From: Blasia pusilla
Taxonomy: Eukaryota
Length of the DNA stretch: 64,000 nt
Direction of reading: 5' to 3'
Assembly: GCA_050084515.1 (NCBI GenBank)
Contig: CM114271.1
Coordinates: 48,980,001-49,044,000 of the forward strand
A model generated the notes under the pieces. That model was not told the origin of the DNA and ran no database searches. It saw only the letters and a list, made by a program, of their open reading frames with translations. Each line of letters starts with the position of its first letter. The first letter of the stretch is position 1. The position numbers and the translations under genes are program-made. Shown here in pieces: positions 27,100 to 39,600 of this stretch.

Positions 27100-28345
27100 C
27101 CTCATCCTTCCCAGCAAGCATGTGTAGTGCGATATGCCCATGAGGAGTTAGGATATTTTGGAGTAAAGCGTACTTACAGCTTACTCTAGGTTCAGTATTG
27201 GTGGCGCGGCATGCATACTAGGGTACAACAATTTGTGGCTAGATGTATGGTATGTGACAGAGTGCGAGCATCCTTCAATGCTCCCACTCCGCAGTTACAT
27301 CCTTTGCCAATTATGGGTTTAGGTTATCGGTGGAGTTTAGACTTTGCGGGACCTTTGCCATTGACGGGGCGTCATCATAGGTACGTGTTGGTCATGGTGG
27401 AGCATTTCTCCTAGACAAGGCGAGCGAGGGAACAGCTTATGCGTTTCTAGATCGTGTGCTTAGTCACTTTGGTGCACCGGCAGAGGTGTTGACTGACCAG
27501 GGTAGCGAGTTCAGGAGAGAGTTTCAGGCCTTGTGTGATCAAAGGCCGAGATCACCGCACCACGTCCAGAGATCATCTTGAGGCGGATGGGTTGGCGGAG
27601 AGAGTGGTACAGACGGTGAAGAGAGGATTGCGCAAGTATGGCTTGCAGTGGGGACAGTTGAGGGAGTGGGACCTACGGTTTCCATGGTTGGCTATGGGTT
27701 ATCGCTTTAGTCGGCAGGCATCCTTGGCGTCATTTTCACCGTACTTTTTGCTCTTTGGGAGAGAGCCAGATTTACCTGCAGCGATTCGATGTGACATGGC
27801 GGAGGTGTTAGATCTTGATGATCCAGATGTGTGGGTACAAGCATGTTCTCAGAGGGCAGAGGTTTTTCGTAGAGTTATGCCTATGGCCTTTGAGAACTTG
27901 CTATTGCCCAACATAGAGATACATTGAGGTACGCGACCATTCGTGGAGGAGGTTATCGTCCAGGGATTAGGAGGTTTCATCTTGGAGATTACGTGTATTT
28001 ACAGCAGGCGGCATCCACGACGCTAGATGTCACTGCAAGGCGCACGATCCTACGTGTGCGCGAGGCATTACCGACCGGAGTCCTCATGTTGGAGGGACGG
28101 GATGGTATGGTTTGGAAGGATCATGTGCGCAATTGTGCAGCATGTCATCTTCCGAACGTAGATGGGACGGTGGATGTGAGCTTGGCAGTGGTACCTGCAG
28201 GCTTGAGGTGTATGTTGTGCGGATCCGCGAGTGGTGCAACCACCATGCTGGTATGTGATGGTTGTTCTCGAGGGTGGCATATGTCATGTCTGACCCCCCT
28301 CTTGATGTGGTTCCCACGGGACGATGGATATATCCGAGATGTGTA
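27100..28345 (+). pseudogene. DDE integrase with C-terminal PHD finger (copy C)
   Basis: HEELG...CMVC zinc domain; WSLDFAG, LTDQG and ADGLAER catalytic triad; then CMLC-x11-CDGC-x4-HMSC PHD. Confidence 0.9.
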
Positions 28346-28386
28346 TAGGGTAGTAGGTCATGTCAGAGAGATGTGATATTTTCTAT

Positions 28387-28562
28387 CTGGAGTTGGGGGG
28401 ATCCAACTGCCAGCTAGGGGGGCGGTTGTGTGATCTCCATGTATATGTATGAGTTGATTTTTGTACATGTGTGGATCGACCCGTGTGCGGGGAAGATCGG
28501 TGTTGTGTGGTGTAGATGTGACCAGCGATGTATGTTGTGTAGCGATATGTATGCGCACGATA
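28387..28562 (+). repeat. Stem-loop, G-tract (PPT-like) and beta terminal segment of copy C
   Basis: CTGGAGTTGG...CCAACTGCCAG hairpin, AGGGGGG at 28416-28422, terminal CAGCGATGTATGTTGTGTAGCGATATGTATGCGCACGATA shared with copies D and E. Confidence 0.75.
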
Positions 28563-30254
28563 GCATCTACAGTTGGGGTTGTAGGAAGTAGAACTGTAGT
28601 AATAGGTGCGAAAAGGAAGCACAATGCTCTACATAACTGTTTAGTGGAGTACTATGCTGATTTCTCCTACAATACTGGATATCACAGCAAGCATCCGTAT
28701 TCAACAACATTGAAGGAAAGAATGTAGTTGGTAGGTGGATAGACAAACTTGAGGATAATTTCTTGTAGCATGGATCCTTAGGAGTTGTAGAAATGTGGGT
28801 AGAGTCCCTCTTGCAAAGAATCGATTGCCAATGTTGTTAGTTTGAAACGTGCAAAATTGCACCACCTTCAAGTTAAAGTTTTTCTAAAGCCATGGAAGTA
28901 TGTAGAACTGGGTTTTGAACAAGTCACAACATCTGAGTGGCAAAAGGCATGCCACGGAGCGACAATTACTTCTTGAATCAGACAGAAAATGAATTAGAGC
29001 AGCAAATGCCACAAGTTATGGATGCAAAAATGAGTTGGTGAATTAAGATTGCACCCGATAGGAGATCATATTAGCCACCTACGTGGACATGAAATGTTTT
29101 GAAGAGGTGCTCCGACCAATATGCACAGTCTCAACAGTAATCAAAGAGATTAGATGATAGAAACATAGTCTTAGGCTTTACATATTCTTATCTTTTGACC
29201 ATAGACTAGAGGAGGCTCTCAAGTAATCTCTATAATGCTCTAACTTTTGGTTGGTTGGTTTTCGAGGCAACATCAAACGCGGCACAAAGCAACACAAAAG
29301 GCTTGCAAACTACAATCCTAGTAGGAAGATAGACACAAAGAACACTAACCCAGGGCGAGTGCATAAGGATAGAAGAAGGTGCAAGCAATAAAGCTAGAAG
29401 ATACTAACCGCATTCGAGGGATAGCAAAGCAAGAACAACAAACGTGGCAATTGCATTTGAAGGGAATAGCAAAAGGAAGGCATGAACCTAAGTAGGTACG
29501 AGATAAATCTCCGCAAGTGTAAATGAGTGGAAACTAGACGGGGCACCTAGCAAAGAATAGACACGTCGCTAAGCAACGAGATGCTTTTGGGGACTAGAAT
29601 GCTAGTACATAGCAAGAGTCAATCACGTTATCTGAGGGGTGAGGAAGCAGAGTGCGAAATACTAGATTTGAGAGAAGAGAGGAACGAAGACGGAAAAGAA
29701 ATGCTAGTGTAGTATAAGGTGAACCAATCGTGTCTAGGTGAAAACTCTCCACCAACAACATCGAATTCTTCATCACACATGAGTTGAACAATTCCTGCCA
29801 AGATGGATGGAGGATCAATTGAGCGAGAGAGGAGAGGTATGAACGATCATCGACAATACCAAAGAGCACCAAGGGAAGAACGAACGAAGTGGCTCTGCTC
29901 GTGCGAGCAGAGCGTACTTGGGCTAGACATTCAAAACGTTGGCCGATGGTTGGGTCTAGTTGCCATCTCCTCACTATAGGCTAGAGATTGGCGATTATTT
30001 GAGCATTCATTGCAGCGGCCGAAGGGTATCCTCTGCTTAGAACCTTAGGAGACTCCGCATATGACTTGATGACACGTAGTGACAAACATGACATGGAGGG
30101 CCTACCCATGGAGAACGAAAATTTACGAGCCCCAAAGAGGTATATATGAGGAGACTTATTTGTAGAGGCTATTATGAGGATGGTGGATGAGAAGGATTTT
30201 CAATATGGGATGTGTATGCCCATCATATTGACACTTGTGAGATTGTCTTAAGCA

Positions 30255-30390
30255 GACATGTGAAGAAAGGATTGCACAAATACACATTGTAGAGAGGACA
30301 CTTAGGAGATTAAGACCTATAGTTAACATGTTTAGCTGCAGATGATCACTTTTTAGTCAATAGACACCATCGACATCATGTTTCTTGGTC
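30255..30390 (+). mobile_element. Very degenerate integrase remnant of the same family
   Basis: GTGAAGAAAGGATTGCACAAATAC...GAGAGGACACTTAGGAGATT resembles the VKRGLRKYGLQRGHLGDW coding sequence at 27616 and 48356. Confidence 0.5.
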
Positions 30391-31560
30391 AATGAGAGAG
30401 CCAAATAAAGAATATGAAATTAAGAATTCTTTATGAAATTCCATGGTAACCATGGCTCACACTATCCATCCATAGCAAGCCATACATAGTGGAGGACACA
30501 TATATTCCTATCCCAACCAAATGTCACAACATGAGGACAAAACCTTTCAATATAGGGTGCACTCTCCGAAAGACACATCTCATTTGGCCCCCCTAGAGGT
30601 CCAAGTGTTATCTTTAACAACTCCCCATGTGGCACCTATCCAAGAGTGTCACTCATAGACAAAGATGGCATGTCCACATAGATCATTTCAAAATTAGTAT
30701 ATCTCCATGAGCTCCTTAAGTAAGAATTACAAAAGACCCCCTCTAAATCTAGATGAAATCTTATTTACCTCTCCAGATGTCATGTCATAGAATGATTGGC
30801 AGGATTGTGTGAGATTATATTTATGGGTGATGAAATATGAGAAAGAGTCTTTGCCAAACAAATATGAGGCTACAAGAAGTACCCAACTTCGCACCAATTC
30901 AGGTGGTTAAAATTTCAGTGCTTCTTCTTTAACCATCTCATGGGTTGTGGTGTTTAAAAGCTATGCCTAAAAGTTATTAGGTGTGCAGCCCCTCTAAGGC
31001 ATTAAGAGTGGTATTATTGAAGTGAGTAGGGCCCCCATGTCACTAGGGCCAAAGCTTCCTTTAGTTATCTACGAACACTTTCAACAGTCAGAAACACAAT
31101 CGAGTGTGCTGCAGCAGACCAGCAGCTTTTTATTAAAGCCCATCGGAAGTAAGAGCATCTCTGAAATACCCTCTCTTCCATAAAATATGAATGTAGTAAA
31201 ATTTATGCAACCAAACCTATTTTACTTGTTCTCAGCTTATGATCAATTCTAGAACTCTAGATTCAATTATGTACAGCACTATGATTGATCATCAGTGGCA
31301 GTTCTAGCTGAATAAGTGTGAACTAGAAGCAGGATGTTGCATCCATCTTGTGATACACGTCATCCTCTCCTCCTTATCTATGTGGGTGTAAGAGGAGAGG
31401 GGATACTCATAAAGTCAAATCCTTGCTTGTTGACACCCCAATTATCGAGCTACCCCCACCTACCTACACAGTTATTAACAACCTAGAAATTTTGAGCTGA
31501 CCTATTTACATCTACAATTGTACAATGTTCCTCTTGCAAGAGTGTACAGTAGCTTTACAT

Positions 31561-34500
31561 CTATCTAAAATGCGTCTGGAATAGGGTGACCGTTGCTATG
31601 TGCCCGTTCTTCATGACCTATAAGACAGGTAAATAAGGTGGTTAATATCCTGTTCAAAACAGGTTCACTTTTGTTCATCAGTGTCTCACCAAGTTGCTCT
31701 TCTATTGAGATGTTAGAAGAATTGCAAGTAATGTTCGCCAGGAATCACCTCAAGGTTGTAAATCCTCACCTCAAGGGCAATATTTCTGTAACCATAAACA
31801 AAAGTTGGACCGAATGGATTGCTAACAGAACCCTGTGTTTGAATGGCAGCCCGACCGCCATCTCCCAATATCTCCTGGAGAACATGCCAAAGAGATATTA
31901 CAACATGGACTACCTAGATCAAAGAAATCATTTTGGGGTCCTGTTTGCTACTCTCAGAACTCCTGGTTTAAAAATCCTTAACTGGGAAATGTGAAAGTTA
32001 CAGAGAGTCAAATCCTCTTTAGAGCTATTTCTGCAATTGACAGGGACAGTTAAGACAGAAAGTTGCAAAAACAATCTTCTTACTCTCTTCTCATACTGAG
32101 CTAAAGACAACGGAGACGAGCAGAAGCTTAACCAATACCTGTACTTTGGACCACTTAGTAGTGGTCCAAAGTACAGGTCCTGTTTGCTACTCTCAGAACT
32201 CCTGGTTTAAAAATCCTTAACTGGGAAATGTGAAAGTTACAGAGAGTCAAATCCTCTTTAGAGCTATTTCTGCAATTGACAGGGACAGTTAAGACAGAAA
32301 GTTGCAAAAACAATCTTCTTACTCTCTTCTCATACTGAGCTAAAGACAACGGAGACGAGCAGAAGCTTAACCAATACCTGTACTTTGGACCACTTAGTAG
32401 TGGCTGTAATACAATGATGAACAGCATCTCCATTGGATACAATATTGGGTTCATCACCAACTTCACCTGCTATGGAGCACAACTTAGATGCAAATACCTG
32501 CTCTCCAACAATGTCATCACACAAACAATTCTGAAAAGGGCAATGGGTATATCATGTAAGTAATAGGACTCTTGATGTTCAACGTCTCTTACCAACTGGA
32601 CAATGTATGAAGAAATTGCACTTGATGTAGCAGTTGAAATCCGTGTGGCCAGGGAAGTTTGTATGCAGCACAAACTTCTTAATTCGATGACTCTTGAGGT
32701 TGAAGAACCACGAACAATTCAGTAGGTTGTCAGACAGCTACCAACACATGGCCTAGCAAACCCTATGAGCTTCCTTTGGAGAATTATTCAAATCATTTTG
32801 ATCAGGAAAGAAGTATGGACTAGTTCCTTGCAAATCCCCCTGATTGCACCAACAAAACAGCATGCTTCCAAGGTGAAGCATTCCATTACATATGCTAAGT
32901 TCAATTAATAATGTGAATCCATACTGGAACCAGATGAGGTGTCCCAAATGAATAATAGAAGCGCTTAAGAAAACTACCTGGCCATCAAAGAGGATATCCA
33001 AACCACGGGTGAAGTAGTTGTAAAAATAATCTCCACATAAGGCAGTTCGTGGTCTTGGGTCAGATGCAGAATGAATCACCATTGGATCAACCTGAAGGAA
33101 GGCACATGGATTCCATTGAGAGGATTGCTATCAACCATCCCAAAAATATGTTAACAGTAATTTATGGTTGAATGTATTTCTTTAGTAGAGTGCGATATTA
33201 GAAGTCATGAAGATAATCATGGGCATTCAGGACTAAACTCATTTGAAACTTGCTCAAAATGAGTGAGTGATGGTTGTCCAACACGACAGGTTTGATTTGA
33301 AAGATAATCTCAGATCTCTCTTGATAGATTGCTTCAGATTTATCTACACCACAAAACTGATGTCCCATACCTGCTTTTGATGTATGCCATCTGGTCGTCC
33401 AAGCGTTGCCCAAACATCCTGAGAAGTCAAGTTGAGTGTAAGTTATCAACGTCATCAAGAAGTATCTGTTGTACACTTACAAGATACATGACCAGGGAAC
33501 AGGTGAAGTTACCCCAAGGAATTATTTATACTGACCTGTGGAGATGCTCCGAAAGGTAACCGTCGTCCACCACTAAAACACAAATCTTCTGCTAGCTGCG
33601 TAATAAAGAGGAAATCATGTGAAATCTCTAGCTGTCAAGGTAATTAATTTCCCAGCCTTCATCAAGTATAAATGGGCACTAGTAAACTACAGGAAGGCTC
33701 TTGGACAGACATGATGAAATTAAGTACAGTTGATAGTAAGTTATCATAAATATATGTCTTACCATCCCAGAATCAAAGGCCATATTGCCATACGTCTAAA
33801 AGATTTCCATGGAAATCTTTTTAGACGTAGTAAGGAGGACTGTATGAGTTTTTGTGTCCCATGCTCTCTATGTTCAGGTAGTAAGCAGGATCTATAATTT
33901 GTTATCCTGCTTACTACCTGAACATAGAGAGCATGGGACACAAAAACTCATATAGTCCTCCTTAGGAGTGAAACTTCCAAAAGACAAATTTAAAACTCAT
34001 GAAGATTTGCAGCCATACCTTTGCATGCACTTCTTCCATATATGAGCTCCCTGATGCCAGCTGGGGAACTACTGCCTTCTTTAGCAGCCCTCCAACTCCC
34101 ACACCTCCTCCTGCTGTACTATCATAGATGCAAACTCGTGACATTACCGGGGTAGTGCCATCTGGAAACTCCAGCGGTAGCTCTGCTGCTGATCCACGAC
34201 AGACTTGTCATTCCAGTTTCAAATCATTAATTTTAAGTTATTGGGCTACAACTCTACAATCTATAAAGATGCTGGGAAAATACAAAGAATTGGAAACTCG
34301 AATCAGCTCCAACCTTCTCGATGCTGGCAGCATTCTGTGTACTGAGCAGGAATAGGAAATGCAAAGGATAGGCCCTGTCACAAAAATAAAAAATAAATAT
34401 TTAGTGAAGTGGCATCAAAGCACGCAAATCAAATGCTGGTTGAACAACAGAAGACTGCAATCACTTCAAAACCCAATGAATGGACATGAGGTCTGACCTT

Positions 34501-36656
34501 CAAGTTACTTTCTCATTAACTCCACACACTACAGTTTCTTGTCACTCTGCTACAGGGACAGAATGGTGGTAGGCCCTGAAAACGTACCGGGTAAAAAAGA
34601 GTGTAGATGGAACGCTTTACATCATATACACCAGGGAATGTTGGCCCAAAGAGTGCATACACAGCTACAAAAGTGGCAGCAATGCTTGGACCCCTGCCAG
34701 TTTCCCGAATGTATTGAGTTTGAGTGAACAGATCACATGCATATTCTAGTGTTCTAGACTACAAAGCTTCTGCAAACAGGCTTCAAATCATATTTACAAT
34801 CATTGTTATAAAGTAAAACTGCATAAAGGGACAGCTGACAGAACTAGGTTGCTGTGACCAAACCTCACCCAATAGATGATGTGGCATAACGCAGCTGCAA
34901 ACGCTGCACATCAAAAACTTCTATTATGCGCAATCTCTGCAGAGACCCCCAAAAAATCCTCTGATCAGACCTCTTTCTGCAAAATCCTGAACCTAAGCCT
35001 AGATCCTCATCTGTAAAGGCCTCCATTCTATGCATTTCCAAGGGGTACCAATTGCTTATAGAAAAGTATAACAATTTGCTAATGTTAGCACAGGCAAATA
35101 ACAATAATAAGAATAATTTCTTTGAGTTTCCCGATTGCCAAAACGAATTCTGCAGACTTTGCAAGTGATTAATATTACTCAGTGTTAATCACAAAGAGAA
35201 GAGATACCTGAGAGCGTGGTTCAAACCGTAGATGAAACCCATGTTCAGGAAAGCTTATTACAAGATCATAACGCAAGGGTTCCTGCAGGATTCATTTAAT
35301 GAGTTCACGAGGCTTATGATGGCTGTAGCACCATACTTTTCATGAATCAAAGTACTGTCTGTTTGATCTCCTGACACAGCCAAATGAACCTGCAGCTGAC
35401 CCCAATATCCATAAGCTACTGGACTTCATTTACTTTGGGATATGGTCCCAAGAATCAGCAACAGAGTGCTTTAAGTTTCATGCTCCAGCAAGGGCATCTC
35501 AAGTTTTCCAAAACCTGTATGTGAACAAGTTTACAGAAGTTGTCCTTGAACCTGTGTTGGCAGAGTTGAAAAACTCACCTCGTCATTGTATTTGATCTGC
35601 ACTACTTCAAAGACAGACCGGTGTTGCTCCACGTGGGCTAGTGCCTCGCACACAGGCATCCCTGTTATCATTCGTTACATCGCAATTAGCTAACAAGTCT
35701 AGTTTTAGGCTTGCATGTAAGCCGCACCATCAGGGTTCTTGGTAAAATCTAGATTAAGTACCTACAAGGCTCATACCAAGTAGTTATTTCAAGTTTTATA
35801 ATTCAACGTTCATGCCCACCTTCAGGATTCTCCGAAAGACTCAGACTGGATCGTCTCAGAAGTACTTTAAAAGAGCCATTTAGGGTTTCCCAGAAGGCGA
35901 AGTTCCAATGATTTTTAACAGCCAGTTAAATTAGTTTCAGCCTCACAGAAGGCTTGTCAGGTAAACGATCAGAAAACGACGTCTCGATTTTCCTGTCACT
36001 CTACCCCGTCCAGCAAACTTGTGACTGACTTTACTACCTCACCGACAACTATCATATGACGATACCCATACCAATCCAATGGGAGAAAGTCGATTCAGTA
36101 CAACTTCTTGCTGTCCTTCGTTGAATTAAAGCGCACGTCATCCAACACAGACATAAATCTCTCTTACAATAAGGCGTCACCCATCCAAATCCACCTTTGC
36201 AGTAGCCAGGCATCAAAATTAGTGAAAGGAAATTCTGAGTTTCAATTTCGTCTCCTCTCCTCATCTGTCTTAGACAAAGGAACGCGAAAATTTGCAGGAA
36301 CTCGGCCACATCAAACATCAAACTTCAAGTGCCCTGCCACTCAATCTTAACGCGTTACTACTAGAGCCTCAAATGGATCCATACAGAAGGCGAATGCCAC
36401 ATCTTCCAGACATCGACCGCAATCTGATAACTAGGGATCTGTACAATCCCCATAAAATCCATACTCCCGGACGAATCGTCCCAACTCAAAAAGAAATCAT
36501 CCCACCCCGGCAGAGATTGACGCCAGAAATTCCCCGCACGAAAAAACCATCATCCAAATTTCCCAATTCTATCCCAAACCACGAGAGCGTTAGCTCACCC
36601 AGTGTGAAGGAGCCCAAACCAGAGCCCGGTCGTAGATCCAGCGTCAGGCCCGACAT
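31561..36656 (-). CDS. PHAF1-like: UPF0183 / PHAF1 (C16orf70)-family protein, about 14 exons: 36656-36599, 35661-35579, 35282-35208, 34936-34869, 34693-34588, 34374-34314, ~34185-34019, 33595-33536, 33418-33371, 33091-32978, 32692-32593, ~32470-32378, 31874-31770, 31617-31561
   Basis: Manual splicing gives LDLRPGSGLGSFTLGMPVCEA..., FPEHGFHLRFEPRSQRLRIIEVFD, LFGPTFPG, LPLEFPDGTTPV, MVIHSASDPRPRTALCGDYFYNYFTRGLDILFDG, KKFVLHTNFPGH, GPTFVYGY, VMKNGHIATVTLF. This matches the plant UPF0183 family as I recall it (Arabidopsis At3g51130). All introns GT-AG; the start codon and the acceptors of exons 7 and 12 are uncertain. Confidence 0.9.
31937..32403. repeat. 228-bp direct tandem duplication (31937-32164 and 32176-32403) with a fold-back junction
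   Basis: Copies appear identical, period 239 bp; the junction forms a 19-bp perfect inverted repeat at 32137-32178. Confidence 0.95.
33791..33964. repeat. Intronic long inverted repeat (61-bp arms, 12-nt loop) plus an adjacent ~39-bp near-palindrome
   Basis: 33831-33891 is the reverse complement of 33904-33964 with one mismatch. 33791-33829 reads TACGTCTAAAAGATTTCCATGGAAATCTTTTTAGACGTA. Confidence 0.95.
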
Positions 36657-39600
36657 GTTCCCTAGTCCCACACAGCAAATCTCTTGTCCTCCTGTAATCT
36701 CTGCCGCCCCACCGTCCCCTCTGCCTCCTCTTGTGTCCCTCACCCTCTCCTCCCGACGCCAGCCCAATTATTTCTCCCTCCGTTCCCCGTCCTCTCCTTC
36801 CTTCCTTCCTTCCTTCTCTCTCTCCTCCTCCTCTTCGTCGTCGCTATTCACACGATGAAACGCTAAACCGGAAGCGTGGCGAGCCGGAATAGGCGTGAGA
36901 ACGAAAAGAGTCACCGTATGAACAGGAAACTCTCGCGCTGGCGAAGCACGAACGAACGAGCATACATTGGAACTGGCTGCAAAGATCAAACCCCACCTCC
37001 ATACGCCTGTCTGAAAGGCACCCTCTTCCACAAACCAACCGAACTCGCTGGGCGATAAACCCAGAATTGAACAATCCAACCGAACACGTCTTCCGAGCAA
37101 TGTCCGGGGAGATCCGGGGTTACGAGTAATCCCCGGGAAAAACTAAAATTCCCGTCTCGTGGAAACTGATGCCGGTGCAGATCAGGTGGTTTCCGTTAAC
37201 GCCGGCGTCTCTCACATGCCGGGATTGTGCCGATCGCCGGCAAGGATTGGATGGAAAGTAGTCGCGTACGGGGGAATACGGGGGTTAACGGCCGTTTAGA
37301 CGTAACCAGGAACCGGAAATCAACTGGGAAGGATTCCACTTGCCGGTCCTGCTAGGTGATTGGTTAGGGTATGGACGATGGCATGGGGGGCAAAGAGTCG
37401 TAGATCTGCAATAGGGCTTACCCTAAGCCATACGATGGAAGACCGGACGGGTAGGGTTTAGAGAGGGCGGCTGGGTTCAAGTGGAGAGAGGACGAGAAGG
37501 GTATGTGGGTGGAGACCTCACCATAGAGGGCTATCCCTCTCATTCTCGGATCTATGAGGGCCTTATTGCATGGGCTAGCGTCACTCATTGACGCTGGCCG
37601 GTGAGCGACGCCGTTAGACCGGATCTGCTTCATCCTACGGTCCCAAATGTGTTTCTTCTAATCCGAATCGCAAGTATTTGACGGGATCGCAACGTTTCAG
37701 TGTGACTATTTTCAGAGGTATGGTCATTCACGCGCGAGGTGTTTTAGTTTACACCCCGAATTACGTCCGGACTGAGGGCCAGAGAGGGCACCAGAGCGAG
37801 TAGCCGGTCTAGGTGGGCCTAGAGATCGTGCACCAAGTGGTCCTGTTGGGGGACGAGGAGATGGAGTTGCCCGACAGGGTGGTGGAGCTGCCCATGGAGG
37901 GGGTAGAGTCCCACCACCTAGACACATCGAGGGAGATGCCAGGCGTGAGGCTAGGATGGCTGCTTAGATACAACAACTACAAGAGTAGATTGCCGCTATG
38001 GCATTGAGGTTACCCGATGGCGGATCCGTGGCATTCACATGATATGGAGCAGCCACAGATATGGAGGATCCTGGTTGGATGTGCAGGGTTGCCCAGATGG
38101 AGGCCGCCGCAATTGTGACGCATGGAGCAGCCATAGAGTTGGATCCACAGCGAGGGGAAGCGAGGAAACATATCAAGCTTCCTTAGTCTTTCACATTGTC
38201 CTAGGCGATGAGGACCCCATTGATGGGTCCTGATTAGAGTTCCCGGAGAGTTGGTGATGTTATTGGTGTGTAGGCACGGAGGGTAATGAGAGAAACGAGT
38301 GCGATGACTCCTATTGCTGATGCTCAAGAGGAGCATGTGTCGAGTACGATATCGGGGGCGGCCACGATGGTGTACCGTGCTTCGCTATTTTCTGTTTTCG
38401 ATATTATGACATTGGGAGGTACGCCCGGCGAGGTGTTCCGGCTGGCCGCTACATTATGTGGGCGTGGAGTTGGAGTTCCTGCATCACATTCAGAGGTGAT
38501 TGTAGAGGAGGTGATGGACCTACCCTTGGAGCGGATGCTCAGGCCGTCCGCGTCAAATTCATGGCAGGCTACGACTGCTAGGATGGCGGAGATGTCCGCT
38601 AGACCCACGATAGAGCGTGCCATGGCTTCTCCTGGTGTTGTGTTGTTGGATAACCAGGGAGAGGTCTTCCAGTTGGTAAGTCCAAGAGGTAGAGCTTTTA
38701 GTCCGCAGCGCGTCTTGTTGGATTCAGGAGCGCAACCCCTGATGTTGGGGTAAGCGTCATTCAGAGGATTGGTCTTGACAAGAGCCGATGTGGAGCGTTG
38801 TCCATTCCGGATACAGACATCCTTGGGTGGAGCAAGTACCACATAGTATATCACCCGACACGAGGTCTTGGTGAGGATTCGCCTGAGATATCCTACAGAT
38901 GAGTCCGTGGTGCGAGCCAAGGCGATAGTGATTGATGTAGCGTCCTACAACGTCTTCGTTGGTGGAGCAGTGTTTTCCCTGGATTATTGGGAGGAGTCAA
39001 CGTCCTATAGACAAAGATGGCAGTTAGGTGATGGGCGCCTTATCTCATCATCTATTCGATTCACAAGTGCAATGATCGAGCGACGGCCAAGAGAGATGGT
39101 GACCTTTGCAGCATTTAGCAATGCCATCACTTGGCCTAGTGATTTGATTGAGGGACATGTCCATGTAGAGGATACTCCCATACTTGAAATTTCTATGGAG
39201 AGGAGTGTCATGGTACCTGCATCAGTCCGTGGAGAAGAGGTGCCGCTTTGGGGCTCGATTGAGGAGCTTCGACGCTTAGCCATTGAGCATGTGCAGACCG
39301 CGTGGAGCTAGACGTTTACACGAGAGTGTGACGAGTCAAAGGAACCCCAAGTAGTCATGTCTTGGGTCACGTGATGGACCTGAACCGCTTGACATGGATT
39401 TTCAGCTTAGGAGTAGCTGAGCAGCGTCATTTGAGGATGTGACAAATCACAACAGTTGCGTTGGTGAGCCCTATGCCTACCGAGACGGTTGAGGCAGTGG
39501 CTGGGGGCAAGACCTGAGGAGATTGACACTCCAAAGGTGATCGGGAGAGACTCCCTTGGACTTCTTGGGATGTTTTGCAGGTACGCCAAGGGATGATAGC

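Larger units (their letters stand above)
19664..28562 (+). mobile_element. Copy C: near full-length DNMT+PHD Gypsy-like element with alpha 5' end and a single beta 3' end
   Basis: TGTCACA start at the point where B's integrase stops; TATATAA at 19938. gag 21500-22740 (two knuckles), PR ~23400-23800, DNMT ~24200-25160, RT (core deleted) and RH 25660-26740, INT 27100-28150, PHD 28209-28345. Ends GCGCACGATA. Confidence 0.93.

Noticed and set aside
19664-28562. DIRS/Ngaro (tyrosine recombinase) classification based on the split repeats
   Set aside because: No tyrosine recombinase motif found; the elements have an aspartic protease, a DDE integrase and (copy D) a TSD.
28600-30100. Possible further retroelement remnant on the minus strand (ORF 29594-29974)
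   Set aside because: Only vague similarity to non-LTR C-terminal regions; no diagnostic motif.
36292-36858. 188-aa Pro/Ser-rich + strand ORF
   Set aside because: Antisense to the first exon and 5' region of the PHAF1-like gene, driven by CT-rich low complexity, non-ATG start.
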